From the NCBI GenBank assembly GCA_963662285.2, contig CAXXMV010000008.1, positions 928,001 through 992,000 of the forward strand: a stretch of 64,000 nucleotides of DNA, read 5' to 3'. This document shows, one piece after another, positions 30,963 through 41,190 of the stretch; position 1 is the stretch's first letter; each line of letters opens with the position of its first letter. Both the position numbers and the translations under genes were made by a program. Under the pieces are notes generated by a model. The model was not told the DNA's origin, made no database searches, and worked only from the letters and a program-made list of their open reading frames with translations. The DNA is from a bacterium (GTDB lineage: Bacteria; Hinthialibacterota; Hinthialibacteria; Hinthialibacterales; Hinthialibacteraceae).

Positions 30963-32840
30963 GTGGAATTGCGAATGCCTGACCAGGAATGGTATTCACT
31001 TGATATTTCTAAATCATTGCATTTTCAGAAAAACCTGCAATTGTTCCGTGAAAGTCAGCCGGAATTGGCGCTGGCAGTCGAATCCAGTATTGAAGGTTTA
31101 TGCGAATATCAGTTTAGCAAATTAGAAGAAGGACAATACATTTGCCGTAATGAAGCCCGCAATGAAATCTTTTACGAACCAGTAAATTTCCGCAGCAACT
31201 TACAAAGCAAACTGGACAGAATATTAAATTATTATCAAAGAGAATTGGAACTGGCTATCATAGCGGGAACCGGATTAGGATACCTTGCCTCGCATACCGA
31301 AGACGCCATACGCGGTAATCTGGCGCGGGGCATACTGCTGTTAGAGAATCGACCCGAATTGATAGCGGCGCAATTCACTCTGTTCGATTGCCAGACGCTA
31401 ATTGAATCAGAACAGGTTTTTTGGGCGATTGGCGACTGTATGACCTCAGCTTTAGAGAATTGTTTTAACAAACACCGGCTCGACTTGATTCCGTTTGATC
31501 GTATCGGTCCCATTCAGGAAAGGTGGTTCTCCGATCAAGAACGCTTAGCAATGCAACAAACCGGAGCATGGATCGCTGGAAATTGGAAAAAAACCAATGA
31601 ACGAATCAAACAACTGGAAATTAAATACAATACTTGCATCAAAAAACCATGTACTCTGGATGGCGGCTGCATCTGGGGATTCGCAACGCCCCAAGCCTAT
31701 GCTCATACGCCTCTGATCCGCACTTTTATGCAGGGATTTGAAGACCTGGGCTGGACCAAGAAACTGTTAGAGATGAAAGACAGTTTCGCAACCCGTTATT
31801 GCGTAGTCGAAAACCTGTTTGAAACATGTCCCGATCTATTTTTTATTTGCAATACCGCATCAAGTACTTTCTCATGCTTATCCGAAGATATAAATCGTCC
31901 ACGCATAACATGGATACTTGATCACCCCCGTTATTTCTCGTCGGTTCAAATGCAAGATTATTTATTCTCCAAAGATTTCGTCTTTTATATCGACCGTATG
32001 TTTGGAGCTGAGTTGGAAAATAACAATGCTGCTGTTTGCCAGTTTATGCCAGCTACAGCTTCATTCACCAAAAAAGGAGTTCCTCACAATAAATACGCCG
32101 CCCCTATTCTGTTCGTCGGTTCATATCAAGATACAATCCAGGTCATGAATAACACAACATCTAAAAACCGTGAAGAGATCAATGCAATGATGGAATACCT
32201 CATTCAGAATCCGACCAAAACAGGCCGCGATGCAATCACCAGTCTCTGTATAACCGATGAAACCCAAAAGTTATTGCTTAGGAAAGCGCTGCTTTATACC
32301 GATTCAATCAAAAACCGACTGAAAGACGATGAACGAAGAATTGATTATTTGCTCTATTCAATATCCAATAGTAAAAAACGCGAACGGGTGGTCCGTCAAT
32401 TACTTGATTTAGGACTGGTTCTTTATGGACCGAAATCATGGATAAACCTCACTGGAGAAAAATACGCTTCCCAATACCGGGGGTGGCTCGATTCGGATGA
32501 TCTGGCCGACGCTTACGCTTCGGCGGATCTGGTGTTGAATATCCATAGCCTGCAATGTCCAACCTGTTTGAATCCACGGGATTTCGATGTGTTAGCGGCG
32601 GGAGGATGTCTGGTATGCGATTGGGTGGACGACCTGGATCAAGGCATCATTACACAGGGAGAAGATTGCTTCACCACCCGGCGGATAGACGATCTACCTG
32701 CTTTAGTGAAAAAGTTATTAAATGATCCAGAAAAACGGGAAGAAGTTCGTAGGCGCGGACATCAAACCTACCTCGACCGGCATACCCCGAAACACCGGGC
32801 GCAGGAAGTGGTTGATATAATAAAAGCAAAGTTCAAATGA
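30963..32840 (+). CDS. CgeB-like glycosyltransferase with extended N-terminal (MAF-like) domain
   Basis: GTGLGY N-terminal motif; C-terminal LFVGS, VLNIH, LNPRDFDVLAAGG and HTPKHRA. Confidence 0.75.
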   Translation: MELRMPDQEWYSLDISKSLHFQKNLQLFRESQPELALAVESSIEGLCEYQFSKLEEGQYICRNEARNEIFYEPVNFRSNLQSKLDRILNYYQRELELAIIAGTGLGYLASHTEDAIRGNLARGILLLENRPELIAAQFTLFDCQTLIESEQVFWAIGDCMTSALENCFNKHRLDLIPFDRIGPIQERWFSDQERLAMQQTGAWIAGNWKKTNERIKQLEIKYNTCIKKPCTLDGGCIWGFATPQAYAHTPLIRTFMQGFEDLGWTKKLLEMKDSFATRYCVVENLFETCPDLFFICNTASSTFSCLSEDINRPRITWILDHPRYFSSVQMQDYLFSKDFVFYIDRMFGAELENNNAAVCQFMPATASFTKKGVPHNKYAAPILFVGSYQDTIQVMNNTTSKNREEINAMMEYLIQNPTKTGRDAITSLCITDETQKLLLRKALLYTDSIKNRLKDDERRIDYLLYSISNSKKRERVVRQLLDLGLVLYGPKSWINLTGEKYASQYRGWLDSDDLADAYASADLVLNIHSLQCPTCLNPRDFDVLAAGGCLVCDWVDDLDQGIITQGEDCFTTRRIDDLPALVKKLLNDPEKREEVRRRGHQTYLDRHTPKHRAQEVVDIIKAKFK

Positions 32841-32871
32841 ATTTGACTCAATCTTCACTGACCTCAATACC

Positions 32872-33801
32872 TCAACCCGGACTTATAATCTGACACGCCA
32901 TCCCGGCAAAGATAGACCACACAATGCTTAATGTAACATAGGCGATAGTGGTAGTAGTTCCCACCGTCAATCGAAGAGCAACCAGGGTGGATAGTTTGGT
33001 GGCTGGTCCGGCGATGAAAAAGGCCAGGGCGGCGCCGTTCGACATGCCCATGCTCATCATCACCTGAATCAATGGTATGGTCCCGCCGCCGCAGGCATAG
33101 AGCGGCACGCCCAATAATGCGCCCGCCAAAACTCCATGACCGTACTGTTTCCCCACCGCCGCTTCGATCCAACTTATGGGAATCAGTTCCTTGACTACTG
33201 ATGCGATAACGATGCCCAGCATAACATATTTTAATGCGAACCATCCCAAATGCAGAAACGACTTACGCCATCGGCGGGTGAATGCTTCATCTTGTTTGTG
33301 ATGCATGAAGTCAACCGGATTATCCGGAGATTGCTGTTTTATATAATGGATTAAGTTAGTGGAATAACGTGATGCCAGAAAGCCGCCCAGTACACCGAAA
33401 CCCAACGCCGCAATCACTCTGGCTATAGCGAGCGGAAAACCCAGGGCGCTCCAGGTCATAGCGAAGAGGGATGGATTCATCAGTGGGGTGGAACATAAAA
33501 AGGCGAATACCGGACCGGGCCGCACGCCGCCTAGAATCAACGCCGCAGCTATAGGTATGGCCAGATAAGAGCAGAATGGGGAAACAACGCCAATACAGGC
33601 CATGATAAACACAGCCCAATATCCATCCATAAAACGCCATGAGCGGACTTGCTCCAAGGGACGCCATGCCACCATCCATGATGAAACCGCAATGCCAATC
33701 ACCAATCCGGGAAAGATGGAATAAAAAATAGCGTAACTTTCCCTTATTACCCGGAAGGTATAGGAATCATGGAAAAGATCAAGCCATCCGCTTATTGGCA
33801 T
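32872..33801 (-). CDS. Predicted permease (DUF318/ArsP-like)
   Basis: Multi-TM; SPFCS, FL.STPLMNP, GVPLYAC..GTIP, FFIAGPAT. Confidence 0.85.
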   Translation of the reverse strand: MPISGWLDLFHDSYTFRVIRESYAIFYSIFPGLVIGIAVSSWMVAWRPLEQVRSWRFMDGYWAVFIMACIGVVSPFCSYLAIPIAAALILGGVRPGPVFAFLCSTPLMNPSLFAMTWSALGFPLAIARVIAALGFGVLGGFLASRYSTNLIHYIKQQSPDNPVDFMHHKQDEAFTRRWRKSFLHLGWFALKYVMLGIVIASVVKELIPISWIEAAVGKQYGHGVLAGALLGVPLYACGGGTIPLIQVMMSMGMSNGAALAFFIAGPATKLSTLVALRLTVGTTTTIAYVTLSIVWSIFAGMACQIISPG

Positions 33802-33821
33802 AATAAAATTATTCTCAACAT

Positions 33822-33853
33822 TTCAAAAAGCCCGTAAAGACGGGCTTTTTGAA
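33822..33853. terminator. Intrinsic terminator-like palindrome, near-identical to 39063-39100
   Basis: TTCAAAAAGCCCGT-aaag-ACGGGCTTTTTGAA. Confidence 0.7.
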
Positions 33854-33941
33854 GATGAAATATGATAATAAAACAAGATTATGGAGAACTAGAGCGATTC
33901 TCAAAACAACGCACGTCTATGCGGTTTTTAACCGCTCTAAT

Positions 33942-35762
33942 CTAATAAGTTTTCCATTGGTGAACGCCCGATTCCTGCCCCACTGCGGAGAATTGCAATC
34001 CCAGAATGCGCGTTCCTTCATAGCGCTGGTAATTTTTCGAAGACCTAAGATCGGTATATGTCGCCTGCCCTGTAGGCAGGTGAGTGGGAAGGATGCGGCA
34101 CAGGTTCATGGCGAAAGGCGCGGTACGATTTCTATCCACCAGTTTAACCAGCAACGGTTGCCGTCCGGCTTTCAAATGTATCTTTTTAGTTGGTCCGCCC
34201 GGCAGTCCGAAATTTTGATAGGAAGAATCATTATGATAAACCTGTTCGCCGTCAATCCAGACCGCGCAGGCCTCATCATGAGCAATCCATAATTCAGCAT
34301 CCTGTTCCTGAGGAACCGTCAGCCAGCAGAAAGCATAGTACACGCCGCTGTTGGCGGCGCCGTAATAGCCTTCAAAATCTATGATATCATCTGAGAAATA
34401 GATGGGTTCCGTCCAACCACTTTGCTGCGGCGTTGCAATCACATCTTTATCAGGTACATCAAAATATTGTCCGTCGATATCAATGCCATCGAATTTATTA
34501 ACCAACCATACGCGGTTGCTAGTTCCGAAATGCCCCCGGTTGCCCGAGTCGCCGCTTTTGGTTCGCTCAAAATAAAAGAGCGACTCTTTAAGCGAGTGCT
34601 CACTCAGCACTTCGATTTTATCTAAATCCATGGTTCCAAAACCTTCACGGGCAGCGGTATGCAGGTGAGATACGTCTTCCGGGTTCAAACCCATCAACAA
34701 AGCGCAGACGCTATCCAAAGCCACCATGTCAGTTCCAGCCAGAACCATATTGCGCCGCACAGATGGAGAATCTTTGGTTTTAGCGCGTTCTTTACAAATC
34801 GTCGCGTCAATCAGGCAGTAATCAGCTGGAGCAATGGAGGCCAAATCAATTATTTCATGTTCCACCGAATTCTGTTCAGGATAATTCTGGTGTAATCCAG
34901 GCGGGTCGCCGGGAGCGGGTCCGCCAATTCCTTTATAAGTACCGTATTTCGCTCCGGCTGCGGTTCCGATATAATTCTTGAGGCAGACAGTGATATTGGT
35001 ATTATGGATTTTCATGACGGGCACATTAATCAAGACATCCGCGTCGAGTATCGCTTCATGAACCCAATAAGAGGGATATTCGGGGAAGTCGATCCATTCA
35101 GGAGTCTGCACCAAACGTATGCCTTCGAGCGGTTCATCTGGCGTTCCGAAGTTGGCGTCAAGCAATACCACATCAACTCCTTTAGCAGCGAGCCGCTGTT
35201 GCATAGCTTTGTAACCTGCTAGCGCCAAACCATCACCGACCGTCGCGCCGCCGGTATTAAATCTGGTATTACGCATAGCGCTGGAGAGCCAACCGCCCGC
35301 CGCTTCAGCAACGGTATAGTTCAAATCGCCGGGACCGTTGTCTTCCATCCACATAATTAATCCTTCAATAATCCGTGGATCGGTATTGACTCCATTTTCT
35401 AATGGCGCCATTTCAACGATATTCGGTTTGATAACCACGTTAGCGCCGGGGAACAAAAGATCATCCAGCCCGCCATGTAGGTCCAGCGCACGATAAGCCA
35501 GTTCTATTATTTGCTCTGAACTTAGTTCCTGATCCAAAGCAACCGGATTATCCATGACGCTATCATCAGAGCGCATCAGCGCAATTTTGGTGGTATAGTC
35601 TGGAGATATACCGTCATTTTTCAGTTGAGAAACGGGGACCGCTTCGACGTGCGATGGAGATTGCAGAGTTGAAGCCAGGTCGAAACCTACGAGAATAAGT
35701 AATCCTATAATTGCTATTACGCGAAGTTTTAAGAATGAACGAATATGTCTTGGCTGAATCAT
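33942..35762 (-). CDS. Exported DUF362-domain protein with a C-terminal beta-sandwich (PA14-like) domain and terminal V-x-x-W-x-x-Y motif
   Basis: N-terminal hydrophobic signal; VVIKPN, TDPRII, INVPVMKIH, CLKNYIG, DMVALD; ends SGVHQWKTY. Confidence 0.82.
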   Translation of the reverse strand: MIQPRHIRSFLKLRVIAIIGLLILVGFDLASTLQSPSHVEAVPVSQLKNDGISPDYTTKIALMRSDDSVMDNPVALDQELSSEQIIELAYRALDLHGGLDDLLFPGANVVIKPNIVEMAPLENGVNTDPRIIEGLIMWMEDNGPGDLNYTVAEAAGGWLSSAMRNTRFNTGGATVGDGLALAGYKAMQQRLAAKGVDVVLLDANFGTPDEPLEGIRLVQTPEWIDFPEYPSYWVHEAILDADVLINVPVMKIHNTNITVCLKNYIGTAAGAKYGTYKGIGGPAPGDPPGLHQNYPEQNSVEHEIIDLASIAPADYCLIDATICKERAKTKDSPSVRRNMVLAGTDMVALDSVCALLMGLNPEDVSHLHTAAREGFGTMDLDKIEVLSEHSLKESLFYFERTKSGDSGNRGHFGTSNRVWLVNKFDGIDIDGQYFDVPDKDVIATPQQSGWTEPIYFSDDIIDFEGYYGAANSGVYYAFCWLTVPQEQDAELWIAHDEACAVWIDGEQVYHNDSSYQNFGLPGGPTKKIHLKAGRQPLLVKLVDRNRTAPFAMNLCRILPTHLPTGQATYTDLRSSKNYQRYEGTRILGLQFSAVGQESGVHQWKTY

Positions 35763-35904
35763 GGTGAAATTCCTTGCTATGCTTTTGATTAAAATTTGAG
35801 CTAATCATCAGGCTTCTTTATATTAATACAATATAGCAGAATCATATTATTGTAACTGTAAATATTTATTCTTGAACAGCCATCGATAAAACAATAAATT
35901 AAAA

Positions 35905-37308
35905 CTACTTATAATCCATTCCAGCATTACTATGTTTACATGATTCACACCATGCAAGTAAATGCTGTTTCATCTTCTCAACAATTTTCGGTTTCTTGTG
36001 AGCAATATCATGCTTCTCGCCTGGATCAGCAAGGATGTCATAGAGTTCAAAAGGTATGTTATTGTTGGATCGATAGATTTTGTATTGATTATCGATCAAA
36101 GCTAATTGGTCTCTGGACTGGAATGCGATAGGAGAAGGCCGCTGCCTGGTTTGTCCTTTGAGAAGAGGCTTCAGACTAACTCCATCCAATGGTTCAGGCT
36201 TCCCTTCCCTTTGGTATCCCAGTATATCCAGCACGGTTGGTAAATAGTCGCTGGTCGAACAGGGAGCATCAATAGTTTCTGGACGTTTAATCATTGCAGG
36301 ATACGTCAAAAGCGCTGGAACGCGAATGCCGCCTTCGTATAGGCTGCGTTTTCGTCCACGCAGATATTTGGCTGATCCATTATGATCGTTCTTCGTCTTA
36401 CCTTCCGGGCCATTATCGCTGCAGAACCACATCATGGTATCATCATATGCGTCAAGTGATTTCAATTGATCCCGCAGCCGCCCGACTTGCTCATCCATAG
36501 CTGATATGCAGCCATAGTAATGCTGCGCCGCTTCATTTTGATCTTTATACAATGCGCGATGCTGCAAACCCGCCACTACAGGCAAATGAGGCGCGTGAAA
36601 CCATACCACAGCAAAGAAAGGCTTATCTTGATTCACCGCATTCTCTATAAAAGGGATCACCCGGTCCATGATGATGCGCGAATCATCGCCCTCCAAATTA
36701 TCTTCCACCCGCTGATCAGGCCCCGTCCAATAATAAGTTCCATAGGGATCATTGGTTCCTGGTTTTCGCATTGGATTATATGTCGGAACCTTGGCTTCAG
36801 TGGAAAAACAGACGTCAAAACCATTGCGCCAGGGAGGCGAGAAATGATCTTTGCCCCGTGGGCCGCCTCTGTTGCTTTCATTAATTTTAGTGTTTAGCGT
36901 TCCAAGATGCCATTTACCGAAATGGCCAGTTGTATAACCAAGAGATTGCAACGCTTCAGCCAGGGTGAATTCTTGAGGCTTCATAAAACCAGCGTTGGCG
37001 AAGTATACGCCGTACCGATAGGGATGGCGACCAGTAAGACAACTGCCGCGAGTAGGAGAACAGACCGGCGCTCCGGAATACCAACGTTCAAAGCGGATGC
37101 CTTCGCGACTCATAGCATCTAAATGAGGCGTCTTTAAAATGGGGTGACCATTATAAGCGACATCTCCCCAACCCTGGTCATCGGTCATGCAAAGTATAAT
37201 GTTGGGCTTGCGCTTGAATTCTTTCGCCGCCAGCAACAGTTTGGTATGGTAGAATGAAATAACGCCAAGCCCCAGTATTTGAAGTAGATCGCGACGATTG
37301 ATCATCAT
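35905..37308 (-). CDS. Sulfatase (Tat-type signal)
   Basis: NRRDLL; PNIILCMTDDQGWGD; CSPTRGSCLTGR; GKWHLG. Confidence 0.92.
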   Translation of the reverse strand: MMINRRDLLQILGLGVISFYHTKLLLAAKEFKRKPNIILCMTDDQGWGDVAYNGHPILKTPHLDAMSREGIRFERWYSGAPVCSPTRGSCLTGRHPYRYGVYFANAGFMKPQEFTLAEALQSLGYTTGHFGKWHLGTLNTKINESNRGGPRGKDHFSPPWRNGFDVCFSTEAKVPTYNPMRKPGTNDPYGTYYWTGPDQRVEDNLEGDDSRIIMDRVIPFIENAVNQDKPFFAVVWFHAPHLPVVAGLQHRALYKDQNEAAQHYYGCISAMDEQVGRLRDQLKSLDAYDDTMMWFCSDNGPEGKTKNDHNGSAKYLRGRKRSLYEGGIRVPALLTYPAMIKRPETIDAPCSTSDYLPTVLDILGYQREGKPEPLDGVSLKPLLKGQTRQRPSPIAFQSRDQLALIDNQYKIYRSNNNIPFELYDILADPGEKHDIAHKKPKIVEKMKQHLLAWCESCKHSNAGMDYK

Positions 37309-37535
37309 TAACCTCTCTATACTTTGGTTTTATCTTATCATTTAATCTGGCTCAATTATTACTCATTTTTAAGAAGACTATTATCTATTATAAGCAAAGA
37401 CATTTTTCAATTAATTCCATATTTCCTATTTCACACTATTCTAAGATATACTTAACTCTATAATAAATTATAGATAATTATTATTCGCCTATAAATACAT
37501 AAAACACAATATAATTATACACAACCAGGTGCTTA

Positions 37536-38933
37536 ATGAAAAAATATCATGTATTAATTGCTGATGACGATCCTTCAGTCCATATAATTCTTGATAGAGT
37601 CTGTAAAATTATGGACTGGACAGTAGATCACGCAACGACAGGCGAAGAAGCGCTCAAGTTAATCAGCGAGAAACTCCATCATATCTACATTCTTGATGTT
37701 AAAATGCCCGGGCCAGCCGGAGTTGAACTGGCTAGAATAATTCTTAAAGAGCAAGAAGCGCCAGCAATTTTAATTCTGACTGGATACGCTGAAATCAAAC
37801 AAGCTGTTGAAGCAATGAAAGAAGGAGTTTTCGATTATATACAAAAAGACTCCCTCAGAGTTGCAGAACTACAAAAAATATTAAAACATGCCGCGATGTT
37901 CCACGAAAACCGGTTATGGAGTTTTCAAATCAGAAAAGACCGTGAAAAAACCTTTAACAATATTGATTTAGCGAATAAACAATTCCAAGCTATCCTTGAA
38001 TTAAGCAGCGACCTGATATTCATCTTCAATTCAAAAACCGGAAAAATGATAGATTGCAACGCTTCAGCATGCAGATACCTGGATTATTCTCACAACGAAT
38101 TATTGACTTTTCAAATGAGTGATATCTGCGTAGATTTTTCTCAATCAGAATGGAATGAAATAATTCAACGTGGATTAATAAACAGACAAATAGTGATTGA
38201 GAAATCGTTAAAAACCAAAGATGGCGCAACTGTTCTGGTTGAAATGTCGCTTGCATTCGTATATCTGGACTCAGAAGGATACATCACCGCTATTGCAAGA
38301 GATATTTCTGAACGAAAACGCATGGAACTCAAAAGCCGTGAATATTATGATCAACAACAAAAAACATTAACTCAGACTATAGAAATGATGGCTCTGGCAT
38401 TTGAAAAGCGCGATATCTATACAGCAGGTCATCAGCTTCGAGTCGCGCAATTAGCGGAGAAAATTGGCAGAAAACTAACATTAAGCAATCAGCGTATTGA
38501 AGGACTCTATCTTGGAGGCTTAATTCACGACATAGGAAAAATCAGCATTCCCACCGATATTCTGAATAAACCAGGCAGAATAACCGATGAAGAACTTGAA
38601 CTGATCAAGACGCATTCCCAAATTGGTTATGACATTGTCAAAGAGATCAAGTTCCCATGGCCCATATCAGAAATGATAATTCAACACCATGAAAAATTAG
38701 ATGGAAGCGGATACCCCAACAACCTTTGCGGTGATGATATATTACTTGAAGCCAAGATACTCTGCGTTTCAGACGTAGTAGAAGCGATGGCTTCCCATAG
38801 ACCATATCGGCCTGCGTTAGGCCTCGAAAAAGCCTTGGATGAAATTTCATCTAAAAAATCAACCCTGTATGATCCAGATGTAGTTGAAACTTGCCTGTGC
38901 ATCTTCAGGGATGATGAATTCAAATTCCAGTGA
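37536..38933 (+). CDS. Response regulator with REC, PAS and HD-GYP phosphodiesterase domains
   Basis: VLIADDD..LDVKMP receiver; PAS; IHDIGKI, HHEKLDGSGYP, HRPYRPA. Confidence 0.92.
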   Translation: MKKYHVLIADDDPSVHIILDRVCKIMDWTVDHATTGEEALKLISEKLHHIYILDVKMPGPAGVELARIILKEQEAPAILILTGYAEIKQAVEAMKEGVFDYIQKDSLRVAELQKILKHAAMFHENRLWSFQIRKDREKTFNNIDLANKQFQAILELSSDLIFIFNSKTGKMIDCNASACRYLDYSHNELLTFQMSDICVDFSQSEWNEIIQRGLINRQIVIEKSLKTKDGATVLVEMSLAFVYLDSEGYITAIARDISERKRMELKSREYYDQQQKTLTQTIEMMALAFEKRDIYTAGHQLRVAQLAEKIGRKLTLSNQRIEGLYLGGLIHDIGKISIPTDILNKPGRITDEELELIKTHSQIGYDIVKEIKFPWPISEMIIQHHEKLDGSGYPNNLCGDDILLEAKILCVSDVVEAMASHRPYRPALGLEKALDEISSKKSTLYDPDVVETCLCIFRDDEFKFQ

Positions 38934-39062
38934 GAGTAGTTTTCACAATAATGTTCTGATTGGCGATTCGAAAAAGCCATAAAAGATTGGTTTTTCGAAG
39001 ACCAAAGGTGATAATAAACGAACATCATTTTGATAATCGCTCTATCTTCATAAAATTAAAAA

Positions 39063-39100
39063 TCTTCAAAAAAGCCCGTAAAATGGGCTTTTTTGAAGAT
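39063..39100. terminator. Bidirectional terminator between convergent genes
   Basis: TCTTCAAAAAAGCCCGT-aaa-ATGGGCTTTTTTGAAGA. Confidence 0.75.
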
Positions 39101-39131
39101 AAAATATACTGTTGAGCAATACTCTTCATCC

Positions 39132-40265
39132 TTAATCGTGGAATAATTGCGGAATAAACTCCGCCAAATATCCTCTCCACACGCTCCACATATGACTGCC
39201 TTCAGTCTCCTTGTAGATATGCTTGATCTTCTTTTCGTTCAACAAGGCGATCATCTTATGATTACCGTCAAGCAAAAAGTCATCCTTGCCAATTGCTATC
39301 CATAGCAGTTTGATGCGTTGGTTAGTTTCCTGAGGATTCTTGCCTAACTCATTGATAACAGCATCAACTCTTCTGGTTGATGAACTGAATCCACCAATCC
39401 AGGCGAATCGATCCAGATTTTTCAAACCAACGCTAAGCGATTGCCCGCCGCCCATTGATAAACCAACAATAGCGCAATTATCTCTACCTTTTTTGATTCG
39501 GTAATTTGATTCAACCAATGGCGTAACGCAATCGATCAGGTCACGCTCGAAACTATCAGGCGAGCTCTGACCACCGGGGGCGTTGACATGGCCGTCAGGC
39601 ATTACAATCAACATGGGGACAGTTTTGCCATCCGCAAGCAGATTATCCATTATGGTATTGGCTCTTCCCATCCACATCCAATGCGAATCATTATCGCCGC
39701 TGCCATGCAACAGATATAAAACGGGATACTCTTTATCCAGATTATTGGAGTATCCCGGAGGAGCATATACATGAATGCGTCTTCTGGCGCCATTGGCGGC
39801 GGAAGATTCATACCAATGCATAGTCACTGTTCCATGTGGAACGTCCCGCCATTCATCATGCCGCGGTTTGCCATCCTGCCGTGGAATTTCAACATAGCCC
39901 CGTGATCCGTTTCTATTTTCAAAAACCGATGGATTAGCTGGATCGGTATTATTAACGCCATCAATATTGAAGGTATAATCATAGATGCCAGCAGGTAAAG
40001 GACCGAGAGTTACCTGCCAGAGGCCTTGATCATCTTTGGTCATTTTCATAGATGATTCATCAACCAGCGACTGGATTTCCCAACAATTTACTTTCACGCT
40101 ATCCGCTTTCGGGGCGCTGATGCGAAAAGAAACCCGTCCATCTTTGTGGACTTCTGGAGATACAATCCTCTTCTCACGTTCTCTCGATTCACTAGTTTGA
40201 ATTCCAGCAATAAGTAACGCCATAACAGATAAGGCAACCGCTATCCTTTTAACATGGTTCATCAT
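39132..40265 (-). CDS. Secreted esterase (CBM48-like domain + alpha/beta hydrolase, CE1-like)
   Basis: Signal peptide; SPEV..DGRVSFR; YPVLYLLHG; GLSMGG nucleophile elbow; H.WSVWR. Confidence 0.88.
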   Translation of the reverse strand: MMNHVKRIAVALSVMALLIAGIQTSESREREKRIVSPEVHKDGRVSFRISAPKADSVKVNCWEIQSLVDESSMKMTKDDQGLWQVTLGPLPAGIYDYTFNIDGVNNTDPANPSVFENRNGSRGYVEIPRQDGKPRHDEWRDVPHGTVTMHWYESSAANGARRRIHVYAPPGYSNNLDKEYPVLYLLHGSGDNDSHWMWMGRANTIMDNLLADGKTVPMLIVMPDGHVNAPGGQSSPDSFERDLIDCVTPLVESNYRIKKGRDNCAIVGLSMGGGQSLSVGLKNLDRFAWIGGFSSSTRRVDAVINELGKNPQETNQRIKLLWIAIGKDDFLLDGNHKMIALLNEKKIKHIYKETEGSHMWSVWRGYLAEFIPQLFHD

Positions 40266-40624
40266 ATTCTCCTCCTAGGATAATATTATAAAAAAACTTG
40301 TAACTATGCGTTAAAACTAATCATACAATCCATATATTAATAATAAGTCTTTTGATAATTAAGGTTACTGAAGGATTTAAGTTCTCTCCAAGGTATACTA
40401 ATTGACCTGTGGGTTTATGGTGGGTCGATAAGGCTAACCCTACGCTTGAGTGATTATTCTTCTTTGGTGGATTATTTGTCTGAATCTGGATGCTCTGGAT
40501 TTATTGGATTTTCAGGATTTTATGTGAATAGATGGATTTGGGTATTGTATTGTTTATTTGCGTGTTTTTTGCAGAGACATCCTTTATGGACAATGTCATT
40601 ATGTTAACCGAGTTATCCCCTTTC

Positions 40625-40867
40625 TCCATGGAAATTTTTATGCCTAATGGGGTCATTCTATTTTATTTGGCACACCGGCTAGAAGCCGATGCTCCCCGAT
40701 CTATAATGCTCCCCGATCTATAATGTCCCCCGCTATATAATGTCCCCCGCTATATAATGTCCCCCGATCTATAATGCTCTCCGCTCTATGATGTTCCCCA
40801 CTCTATTCTCTCCTCTCCTGATTTGTGTGCTGAGAGTAGCCCTGAGGGAGAGTACTAGGGTGAGGGG
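40625..40867 (+). repeat. Composite REP-B element, copy 3 (7 x 17-bp internal repeats)
   Basis: Core at 40673-40697; ATGCTCCCCGATCTATA-like units at 40689-40807; shared leader and tail. Confidence 0.88.
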
Positions 40868-40900
40868 TATATTTCAATAACTTAAGTTAATGACATTACT

Positions 40901-40932
40901 GGGTACCAAGGGTAAGACCACAATGTGGTCAG
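40901..40932 (-). repeat. Partial inverted REP-A copy
   Basis: Reverse complement reads CTGACCACATTGTGGTCTTACCCTTGGTACCC. Confidence 0.75.
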
Positions 40933-41142
40933 TGATTGGTATTCATGAGTTGATTTTTGGTGAGTCTGGAAAGTTGACAACCCTACGAATAGGTGGATTT
41001 TAATCACCACAAAAGTTCGGAGCACCGAACAAAGAATTAACCAAGCAATATATTGATCAGTATAGATTTACCAGACATTGCTCAACGTTAGTCTCGATAT
41101 AAAATAACATAATTTCCGGAGTAATTTATCTAAATATATTTG

Positions 41143-41186
41143 AAAAAATTGCCAAGTCCGAATATTTTAGGACTTGGCAATTTTTA
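41143..41186 (-). terminator. Intrinsic terminator downstream of the YqaA gene
   Basis: AAAAAATTGCCAAGTCC..GGACTTGGCAATTTTTT. Confidence 0.8.
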
Positions 41187-41190
41187 ACGA

